A program made the translations under genes and the position numbers. A stretch of DNA of 64,000 bases from Octopus vulgaris (Eukaryota): NCBI GenBank assembly GCA_951406725.2, contig OX597824.1, forward strand, positions 22,940,001 through 23,004,000, given 5' to 3'. The notes beneath the pieces were generated by a model that was not told the origin of the DNA, did not search any database, and worked only from the letters and a program-made list of their open reading frames with translations. Positions 53,698 to 64,000 of the stretch are shown here, in pieces. Each line of letters opens with the position of its first letter. Within the stretch, counting starts at the first letter, position 1.

Positions 53698-54048
53698 GCT
53701 GTTGCTGCTGCTGCTGTTATCGTTTCTGTAATCGCCGTCGTTGTTGTTATTGTTTCGCCCTCGAATCCCTCGATCTTGTTCTACCACAAAACCTGCCATA
53801 TTTGACGGCATATAAAACGCAAACTCCATCCCAAATATATCAAATAATCACTCCGAGACCTATATGCGATGTTGCTTTAAATATTAGTTTCAAATTTTGG
53901 CACAAGGCCAGCAACTTAGGGCGAGGATAAGAGTCGACTGTATCGACCTCCGAAAGGATGAAAAGCAAAGTCAACCTCCGCAGAATTTGAACTCAGAGCA
54001 TAAAGAAATATAATATAATATAATATAATATGATATAATATATATATA

Positions 54049-54282
54049 TACTCTTTACTCTTTTACTCTTTTACTCTTTTACTTGTTTCAGTCATTTGAC
54101 TGCGGCCATGCTGGAGCACCGCCTTTAGTCGAGCAAATCGATCCCGGGACTTATTCTTTGTAAGCCCAGTACTTATTCTATCGGTCTCTTTTGCCGAACC
54201 GCTAAGTGACGGGGACGTAAACACACCAGCATCGGTTGTCAAGCAATGCTAGGGGGACAAACACAGACACACGCACACACAG

Positions 54283-54315
<33 letters not shown>

Positions 54316-54469
54316 TACGACAGGCTTCTTTCAGTTTCTGTCTACCAAATCCACTCACAAGGCATTGGTCGGTCCGGAGCTATAGCAGAAGACACTTGCC
54401 CAAGATGCCACGCAGAGGGACTGAACCCGTTGGTTAGCAAGCTACTTACCACACAGCCATTCCTGCGCC
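54049..54469 (-). mobile_element. SINE-A full length
   Basis: Family match with TA flanks. Confidence 0.9.
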
Positions 54470-54745
54470 TATATATATAAATTTAAATTTAAAATGAGGA
54501 TGAAAAGTTGGATATTATTTTGATTAACATCAATTTAAAACCAGTGGTCTAGCATATTAAAATCTGAAGGCTCAAAAAATTGTATTAATTAGATCTAGCG
54601 GATCTACTTCTTGCATAAGGGTTGTCCACTTAGTGGTCATCCCTATCATATGTATATATATAGAGGGAGATGGAGAGAGAAAGAAAGAGAAAGCATTTTG
54701 CCTGGCGTACTAAAGATTCTGCCAGCTCATCGTGTTGCTTGCAAC

Positions 54746-54813
<68 letters not shown>

Positions 54814-54845
54814 CAACAACAACAACAACAACAACAACGACGACG

Positions 54846-54922
<77 letters not shown>

Positions 54923-55333
54923 CCTTTCTACTAAATGCACAAGACCTGAACTTTTGGAGAGAGAGAGGATAGTCGATTCATCGACCCGTGTTTCAGTAGT
55001 ACTTAATTTATCGACTCCGTCGGAAATGGAACTCAGAACTTAAAGACAGACGTAATGCTACAAAGCAATTTGCCCAGCATGCTAACGATTCTTATTTTTT
55101 TTTATTGCCCACAAGGGGCTAAACACAGGCGGGTCAAGGTCAAACAACTGACAAGCAAATCTGTGCTATTGAGCAGAATATTTGCTGCAGCCGATCTTTT
55201 ATACCAAGACAAAACAATGTACATGATAACACTTCCAATCAGTTAAGATCAGAAGCCATGACAGCCATTGCCTGGTACTGCATCAAGGCATTTATTATTA
55301 TTATTATTATCATCATCATCATCATCATCATCA

Positions 55334-55383
<50 letters not shown>

Positions 55384-55395
55384 GTTATTATTATT

Positions 55396-56618
55396 GTGAA
55401 AACTCACGGCTTATTTTGCTGGGTATGATGGAAAGTGTCAGCTGTCCACAGCCAGTAGACTAAGGTAAAACTTATTTACTGGTCATGCTTCAAGAACCCT
55501 GCAGTTCCAAGCAATGCTGATTTTTGTAGGTGTTCTACTTTCACACATGCACCAATCTTTTTCAGCCTTGCTGGTAGTTTAGTGCTGATACTTCCAATTG
55601 CACCAATTACTATTGGTATCATGTCTACTCTCTTCATTGACCACAACCTTCGTATTTCCCACTTCAAATGTCATAGTTATTCATTTTCCATCCTTCTTTC
55701 ACATTGATCCTGTTGTCAGCATGGCATGCTATGTCGATTATCATACATGTTCTTTCTTTTTTATTCACCACAACAATATCCGGTTTCCGATGTCTGGTCG
55801 GGTGATCGCACCGGACCATTGCATTCCACAGGATTCTGCAATTCTCATTTTCGCTGACTCCTTCTAGAGTGTCCTCATACCACGTCTTTGCCCTTTCCAC
55901 AGAACTCTCAATGGATCATTCTTGCCACATTTTCATGGCGTCTTTTGTATTCGCGTTGTGCCAATTTCGGGCATTCGCTAACGATGTGCCATACCGTTTC
56001 CCCCTTCTCACCACACAATCTGCATTTGTCACTATCGGTAGTGTTGTCTGATCTGCACTTCATATAGTTAGTCCTTAATGCTTGTTCCTGAGCTGCGCAT
56101 ATGAGTGCTTCTGTTTCCATCTTCGGGTCACTCCTCCTCATCCATAGCCACCAGTCCTCTGTATCTCCCTTGGCGTTCACATGTTGCAAAATGACCGTAT
56201 ATTTTCTTTTCTTTCCATGATTTTTTTTTGTTCATTTCTTGTTTAAATTTTCTTTAGTTACACAATTTTCAGTGTTAATGACACCAGCCTTCTTGGTGTT
56301 TCAACAGTGGCCCCACGGTTTTTTTTATATACCACTCTTGGCTGTTTTCCTCTCCTTTGATACAGTCCTGGCAACTGATCAAACCTCTCCCACCCTTTCT
56401 TCTGGACAAGTACAGACTATCGGTGTCACTCTTAGAGTGGAAGGCTCCGTGTACTTTCAACATTTTTCTGGTCTTGGTATCTATTTTCTTCATTTCTCTC
56501 ATTTGCCATTTTATAATTCCCGCTCCATACCGAAGTGATGTTATCTCCCATGTATTAACTGCTTGAATTTTATTGCATCCGGTCAATTTTGAGCTCAACA
56601 CCAACCTGTCTTCGGAAA

Positions 56619-56619
<1 letters not shown>
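55396..56619 (-). mobile_element. 5'-truncated R4/Dong-clade LINE (restriction-like endonuclease), pseudogenised
   Basis: Motifs NKIQAVNTW, LYLSRRKGGRGL, ETEALICAAQEQAL, CRLCGEKGETVWHIVSEC, YKRRHE, RKPDIVV..IIDIA, PIVIGAIG and LQKSALLGT. (TAA)n arrays on both sides. Confidence 0.92.
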
Positions 56620-56672
<53 letters not shown>

Positions 56673-56790
56673 CATCATTATTATTATTATTGTCATTATT
56701 ATCATTATTATCATCATTATTATTATCAATTTCATCATCATTATCATCATTATTATCGTTATTATTATTATCATCATTATCATTATTATC

Positions 56791-56870
<80 letters not shown>

Positions 56871-57408
56871 CAGTAGTAGTTGCAGCAGTATCATCATTAT
56901 GAGCAGAGTTCGCATCAGCGAGTTCGTCTCAGGATTCGCTGGTTCCACCCACCTTACAGTCGAGTCAGTTTCCACAATTCCATTCCAGGTGCTTCCTTTA
57001 AGTGAAGTTAGGCATGATATGAAGGAGATGCCAATCAATCAACCAGTGAACACGTGACTGCAGTTGAAAAAAATAAAATATATGGCGGCAAAAAAAAAAA
57101 ATATATATATAAATGCAAGTACAAATACAAATAGCTATAGAAATGTTAAAACACACAAAAATACTCAAAATTTTAATTTCCCCTCATTGTGAACCTGTAT
57201 TTTAATAAAATGTGAAATAAATAAATATATAAAATTAAGTCGTTAAAGAATAAATCAAGGGTACGACAGCAACAATAACAAGAAAGGTAATGAAGCCTAC
57301 AAGAACAACTTCAATAAACGCAAAAAAAAAACAATATTGTCAACCATAACAACAATACTGACAACAGAAGGAAGAATCAACGAAAATAGAACAAATGTGA
57401 AGTCGTAA

Positions 57409-57409
57409 C

Positions 57410-57501
<92 letters not shown>

Positions 57502-57544
57502 AATGATGATGATGCTGATGATGATGATGATGATGATAATAATG

Positions 57545-57579
<35 letters not shown>

Positions 57580-57685
57580 TATAATAATAATGATGGTGAT
57601 GATGATGATGATGATGATAATAATAATAATAATGATGATGATGATGATGATGATGATAATAATAATAATAATAATAATAATAATT

Positions 57686-57717
<32 letters not shown>

Positions 57718-57802
57718 AATAATAATAATAATAATGATAATAATAATGATAATAATGATGATAATAATAATGATAATAATAATAATAATAATGATGATGA
57801 TG

Positions 57803-57875
<73 letters not shown>

Positions 57876-57913
57876 TAATAATATTAATAATAATGATAAT
57901 AATGATGATGATG

Positions 57914-57956
<43 letters not shown>

Positions 57957-57963
57957 TAATAAT

Positions 57964-57996
<33 letters not shown>

Positions 57997-58114
57997 AATA
58001 ATTATGATGATGATGATGATGATGATGATAATAATAATAATAATAATGATAATAATAATGATAATAATGATGATAATAATAATGATAATAATAATAATAA
58101 TAATGATGATGATG

Positions 58115-58190
<76 letters not shown>

Positions 58191-58199
58191 TGATAATAA
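57409..58199. repeat. (AAT)n/(GAT)n microsatellite
   Basis: Read directly. Confidence 0.95.
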
Positions 58200-58589
58200 G
58201 CGGTGGTAGGGGTGGGAAGAAGGGAAGGAGATGGTTTATAAGATTTAAATAGTGACAATAACAACAACCTACAAACAACAATATAACAACAACAACAATT
58301 TCAAACAATCACAGATAAAACAACATCAAATAACCAGTAATAAGAAGAACAATAAGAACAATAAGAACAACAACGGCATGTCTGGAGTTTGTTTGTTTTT
58401 TCTTCGTTTGTTTTTTTTTGTTTTTTTTTTCTTTGCCGTATTTGCGATAGCAAAAAACATCATCAAAGAACAAAGAACAATAACAACAATCATAACAAAA
58501 AAAACAACAACTATGTCAATAACCATAACAACAACAACAAGAACAACAAAGTCACTAGTGAAAATATAGAAATGAGACAATGTGTGATA

Positions 58590-58662
58590 GTAGATTGGTT
58601 TAAAAACAAAAAAAAGTCATTAACTAAGATGGCGCAGGGTTCACTGATCGGTCATTGGCAAA
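58590..58662 (-). promoter_or_regulatory. Possible core promoter (CCAAT, Inr-like tcagt, YY1-like cgccatctt)
   Basis: Motifs only: minus strand gccaatgaccgatcagtgaaccctgcgccatctt. Confidence 0.2.
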
Positions 58663-58993
58663 AAGAGAGAGGAGGAGGAAGAGGGATAGTGGGAGATAAA
58701 TAAAGAGGAAAGAGGGTGGGGAGGGGGGTTGAAATGATTTGTAGAAGGGGAGATTGGGTAGGAGGAGGAGGTGAGAGGGAGGAGGAAGACAGTGGGAGAT
58801 AAATGAAGAGGGAGGTATAAGGGTGGTTTGTAGTGGGGAGGGGGGAATCGGGTAGGAGGAGGTGAGAGAGAGAGAGGAGGAGGAAGAGGGATAGTTGGAG
58901 ACGGATGAAAGGGAGTGGGGGATAAAGGTGTTTTCTGGTATGGGAAATTGGGTAGGAAGTGGAAGAGAGAGAGAGAGAGAGAGACAGAGAGAC

Positions 58994-59032
<39 letters not shown>

Positions 59033-59940
59033 GAGGGGGGAGAATGATGTGATACAGAGTATGTAAAATAAGATTTGTTGATACAGTGGGAGAAGGAAGG
59101 GGATGAGAGAGCGCGAAATAGAGAGACAGAGAGATAGAAAGGAAGAGGAAGAGAGGGAGAGAGAAAGAAAGTAGGAGGAGGAAGAGAGATGGCGGGAGAT
59201 AAAGAAGAAATGGGGCTTAAAATGGCTTATAGAGGAAGACTGGATAAGTGATGAGAGAGAGAGAGAGTAGGAGGGAAGCGATGTGAAATAGAATGTCTAA
59301 AAAGATTTGTCGAAAGAGTGGGAGAGGAGAGGGATTGAGAGAATGAAAGAGAGCGAAAGGGAAAGAGATAGATAGATAGAGAGAGATATATAGATAGAGA
59401 GAGAGAGAGAGAGAAAGAAACGGTAAAAGGAAAATTGGTGGAGTGGTAGGGAGAGTAAGGGTGAGAGGAAGAAACTGTGATTGACAGATGAGTCTAGGAA
59501 GGGAGATGAGACGGAGAGAGGAAATTATGAGAAGAAGAAATAGCAAGGATGAGAAACGAGAGAGAGAGAGAGGAGAGAGAGAGAGAAGGAGAGAGAGAGA
59601 AGGAGAGAGAAGGAGAGAGAGAAGGAGAGAGAGAAGGAGAGAGAAGGAGAGAGAGAAGGAGAGAGAGAAGGAGAGAGAGAAGGAGAGAGAGAAGGAGAGA
59701 GAGAGAAGGAGAGAGAGAGAAGGAGAGAGAGAGAGGCAGACTGACAGACAGACAGAGAGGAAGGAGATGGAGAGAAGAGATGATAGCAAAGAGAGACAGA
59801 TAGAGATGGGGAGAGAGAGAGAGAGAGAGCGAGTGAGGGAGATAGATAGAGAGTAAGTAGGAGAGAGTGAGAGTGATAGGTAGGTAGAGATTTAGTAGGA
59901 GAGAGAGAGTGAGAGAGATGAGTAGTAGAAGAGGTAGTAG
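58662..59940. repeat. Polypurine (GA/GGA) low-complexity tract
   Basis: Read directly. Confidence 0.9.
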
Positions 59941-60540
59941 TGGTGGTGGTGGTGGTGGTAATAACACGAAAAGTACGAAGTTGTGAGTGATGTCGCGTGC
60001 AGTACAAAGTTACTACGATGATAAGGTGTAATAGGACGTATATGGAAGTGTGTGTATGTATGTATGTATGTATGTATGTATGTATGTATGTATGTATGTA
60101 TGTATGTATGTATGTATGTATGTATGTGTGAGTACGTTTATGTGTGTGAACCTGCGTATATAGATATATATACGTGTGTGTGTATGTATCTGTATGTGTG
60201 AATGTATGTGTGAATGTGTGCATATACGAGTGTGAGCGAGTGTATGTATATGTGTGTGTGTGTCTGAGTGCATGTAACTGTATGTGTGAGTGTGTGTTCA
60301 TGTGTGTGTGTCTAAGTGTATGTATATGTATGTGTGTGTGTGAGTATGTGTGTAGTGTGTGTGTATGTGTGTGAGTGTATGTATGCGGAAGAGACGAATA
60401 ACCAAGATGTTAAGAGTGAATGTCTTGCGTGAACGTGAGTGGATGCTTGTGTGTGTATGAGTGTGTGTGTGTATCTGTGTGTGTGCGTGTGTGTATGTGT
60501 GTGTGTGTGAGTGTGAGTGTGCACGATTGTAAGTTTATAG

Positions 60541-60572
<32 letters not shown>

Positions 60573-60643
60573 ACATATATTAAGACGGTGATGCAGTTTA
60601 TGTAAGATTGTGAGTATATGAACCTCGAACATTGGGTAACTTA

Positions 60644-60720
<77 letters not shown>

Positions 60721-61579
60721 CTGTGTGTGTGTGTGTGTACGACTGTGGTTGTACTAAAAACGTGAAGTGCTGAGACTGAAGAATCTGTACGTCTAGAGAA
60801 CGGACTTGTGACGGGGGGTGGGTGGAGGTTTCAAAGAGTGTGCTGTAGTGTGGTTTGTGTCTTAAAAGTGTATGTGGTGTGTGGTGATGGTGGTGGTGGT
60901 ATGTGTGTGTGTGTGTTTGTGTGTGTACGTGTGTGGGTGGGGGAAGGAAGGACAATGGCGTGCTTGTATGCGTGTATGTGTGTGTGGATGTGTGTGTGTG
61001 CGTGCGTGCGTGCGTCTCTGCGTCTGTGTTTGTTCCGCCCAACCAGCCTGGCCACCGGTGTTAGTTTGTTTACGTTCATGCAACTTAGCGTTTCGGCAAC
61101 AACAACAACAAAAAATAAATAAAACAGACCGAAAATATAGGTAACAGAAGTTTAAAAAAGTGTAACGGGCACGCACCATTTATGGTTTTGTTGTGGTGGT
61201 GCTGATGGTGGCGGCGGCGGCGGCGGCGGTGGTGGTGGTGGTGTTCGTGGTGAAGAAATGATTTTTTTTTGTTGTTGTTAGAAAATCCATTGAAATGATA
61301 TTTTAATGCGGGTATATAAAATATATGATCGTTCTATGACCGATAACACAGGATGAAACCCACTAGGATTAACACAGATAGCTATCAGATTCAAAGGAAG
61401 GGGTGTCGTTGGTGGTGGTGGTGGCGGTGGTGGTGGCGATGGTGGCGGCTGCAGTGGTAATTGGTGACAGGTCACTAGATTGAAGACTGGAGTAGAGATG
61501 GAGGCGGAGGTTGTTAGTCTCTACGGCAGGAAACCCGGCGGAGAAATCATCATCCTTCACTCTCAATATATCATGCTGG

Positions 61580-61692
61580 TTCCATCCATCCATCCATCCA
61601 TCTTCAGCGCCCACTATCCCTAGGAAGTGCATTGAGGTAGAGACATAGTCCTCAAGCACCTTCTCCGTAGGGTTCTATCAGAAGCAACTCTC
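61580..61692 (-). mobile_element. Short RTE-like 3' end with (ATGG)n tail
   Basis: Minus strand RVASDRTLRRRCLRTMSL followed by atggatgg repeats. Confidence 0.4.
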
Positions 61693-61696
61693 ATTT

Positions 61697-62092
61697 AGGC
61701 GCAGGAGTGGCTGTGTGGTAAGAAGCTTGCTTACCAACCACATGGTTCTGGGTTCAGTCCCACTGCGAGGCACCTTGGGCAAGTGTCTTCTACTATAGCC
61801 TCGGGCCGACCAAAGCCTTGTGAGTGGATTTGGTAGACGGAAACTGGAAGAAGCCCGTCGTATATATGTATATATAAGTGTGTGTGTGTGTGTGTGTGTG
61901 TGTTTGTCCCCCCAACATCGCTTGATAACCGATGCTGGTGTGTTTATGTACCCGTTAGTTAGCGGTTCGGCAAAAGAGACCGATAGAATAAGTACTAGGC
62001 TTACAAAGAATAAGTCCTGGGGTCGATTTGCTCGATTAAAGGCGGTGTGCTCCAGCATGACCGCAGTCAAATGACTGAAACAAGTAAAAGAA
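61697..62092 (+). mobile_element. SINE-A full length
   Basis: Family match. Confidence 0.9.
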
Positions 62093-62180
62093 TTAAAAAA
62101 AAAAATAAAGAATTACACTTTCCGGTTGGGTTGATTCCCAAGCGTGACCAACTAAGACTATGATATTATCGAAACTACAC

Positions 62181-62548
62181 CAGTGATTCTCAACGGGGGT
62201 CCATAGGACCCCTGGGGGTTCATATAAGATTTTTAGGAGGCCACGTAACAAAGTAGTAACTTGTGGGTGGGGGTGGGGTTGGTCCATAATAGTATTTTAA
62301 GTGGCCCTGAAAAAAATTTGCTTTATATGTATGTATTTGTATGTGTTGCAAGAAACAGCTGGGTTTCTTTCTCTAATGTTTTACACAGTTCAACCTATGC
62401 AAGAAAATGCGCGAAAAATCAAAATAGGATTTTTGAAAGGAGTATCTATAAAATTAGTTTTTAAGCATCGAGTGTTTATGGGGTCTACCGCAATAAAATA
62501 GTAATCAAAGGGTTCCGTAGATAAAAAAAAAATGGTTGAGAATCCCTG
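62181..62548. mobile_element. hAT (Charlie-like) MITE
   Basis: TIRs cagtgattctcaac / gttgagaatccctg and subterminal ggggtcc repeats. No clean 8 bp TSD. Confidence 0.65.
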
Positions 62549-62642
62549 GAAATCTCCAGCTAATTGACTCGTCTTGAAGAATCCGTCTTGTAATTCTTTC
62601 TTGCGATATTCTAATCACTTGTACATAGTAACGTAAAAAGAA

Positions 62643-62898
62643 TAATAAATGCGCCCTTTTAAAGCTTAGTCAGGATCATGGGCCCGGTTTGCCGGTTTCA
62701 ATGGCGTATGTCTTCCCTAGCTGGACGGGACACCGGTCCATCACAACATTACTCATTTTTGCCAGCTGAGTGAACTGGAGCAACATGAAGTGAAGTGTTT
62801 TGCTCAAGAACACAACGCGTCGCCCGGTGCAGCAACCGAAACCACAATCTTAAGAGTGATGATGCTGACACTCTAACTACTAAGCCACGCGCCTCCAC
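62643..62898 (-). mobile_element. SINE-E (tRNA head, CORE-like gtgttcttgagcaaaacactt, tail 3)
   Basis: Head gtggaggcgcgtggcttagt. The tail is shared with 42092-42200. Confidence 0.75.
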
Positions 62899-63048
62899 CC
62901 GTAGTAACTTAGCTGTGACCTTAATACAGAGATGTAGCGGTTCGACAGGGGTTGACTCTCAGATCTCAGAGTTAGGCACCCTGTCGAGAAACGTTATTCC
63001 AGATGTCCTTTGCAAAACCCATTTCGGCCGCCGGTATTGGTGATCGTA

Positions 63049-63465
63049 GGGCGGCGAGCTGGCAGACACGTTAGCACGCCGGGCGAAATGCGTAGCCGTA
63101 TTTCGCCTGCCGTTACATTCGGAGTTCAAATTCCGCCGAGGTCGACTTTGCCTTTCATCCTTTCGGGGGTCGATTAAATAAGTACCAGTTACGCACTGGG
63201 GTCGATATAATCGACTTAATCCGTGTGCCTGTCCTTGTTTGTCCTCTCTGTGTTTAGCCCCTTGTGGGTAGTAAAGAAACAGGTACTTCGTCTGTCTATA
63301 TGTTCTGAGTTCAAATTCCCTCGAGGTCGACTTTGCCTTTCATCCTTTCGGGGTCGATTAAATAAGTACCAGTTACGCACTGGGGTCGATATAATCGACT
63401 TAATCCGTGTGCCTGTCCTTGTTTGTCCTCTCTGTGTTTAGCCCCTTGTGAGTAGTAAAGAAATA
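63049..63465 (+). mobile_element. SINE-B dimer with 16 bp TSD
   Basis: TSD ggtattggtgatcgta at 63033-63048 and 63466-63481. Confidence 0.92.
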
Positions 63466-63871
63466 GGTATTGGTGATCGTATTCTTCCGGTCACTACCAA
63501 ACATTAATGAACAAAGATGAGGATAGATACGAAAACCGAATTGAAGATAGCTAGTTCTGCTCTTTTACCAACCTTTCTTCGTCTGGTGGTTCTGTCTGAG
63601 AATTACATTTAGAACATACGTGTCTATCTCAGGAATATTCAGCCACTTATATGTTAATTCAAGGAAGGAAATGGTATTTCAGTTTATCGGATAAGTGGAT
63701 ATTCATCGTTGAAATCGCGAAATTCTATTGAGTGAATATGTTAAAGGTGAAAGGTATGCGCGCGCGTGTGTGTACTCCGGAAAAGAATGTCGCAGATCTA
63801 AGTTCAAAGGAATTCCAGCCGTGACTATCTCGGCTTTTTAAGACCAAGGCAGGATTATATTATATAATAAT

Positions 63872-64000
63872 GGTCGCGAGCTGGCAAAGTCGTTAGCACA
63901 ACGGACAAAATCCTTAGCGGTATTTCTTCTGACCCTTTACGCTCTGAGTTCAAATTCTGCCAAGACCGGCACTGCCTTTAATTAATTTGGAGTCGATAAA
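63872..64000 (+). mobile_element. Diverged SINE-B head running off the window
   Basis: gcgagctggcaaagtcgttagc...ctgagttcaaattc. Confidence 0.75.

Noticed and set aside
61369-61659. 96 aa minus-strand ORF as a host exon
   Set aside because: It crosses an (ATGG)n tail and trinucleotide repeats, and is better explained as an RTE-like 3' end plus flank.

Overview
AT-rich eukaryotic non-coding DNA that is saturated with microsatellites and transposons. The SINE repertoire and microsatellite density suggest an Octopus (coleoid cephalopod) genome; this is inference from pattern recognition, with no search run. No host protein-coding exon can be supported, and nearly all ORFs in the track are microsatellite or SINE translations. 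Supported content: several tRNA-headed SINE families (my labels A-F); Tc1/mariner relics, including one near full-length mariner; CR1, RTE and R4/Dong LINE fragments; Penelope-like (PLE) remnants with minimal hammerhead ribozyme motifs; a Helitron-like element; and a hAT MITE. The most unusual signals are: (i) SINE-B occurs as precise dimers and a tetramer, each flanked by one target-site duplication (TSD); (ii) a ~1.9 kb ORF1-only retroelement has a zinc knuckle and a tandemly duplicated domain I do not recognise, and its 3' tail resembles that of SINE-B and of a separate LINE-like 3' fragment; (iii) several hammerhead variants are present, one as an inverted pair; (iv) there is a set of unrelated 40-140 bp fold-back hairpins; (v) SINEs show modular head/tail swapping. 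Coordinates were read by eye and may be off by a few bases.
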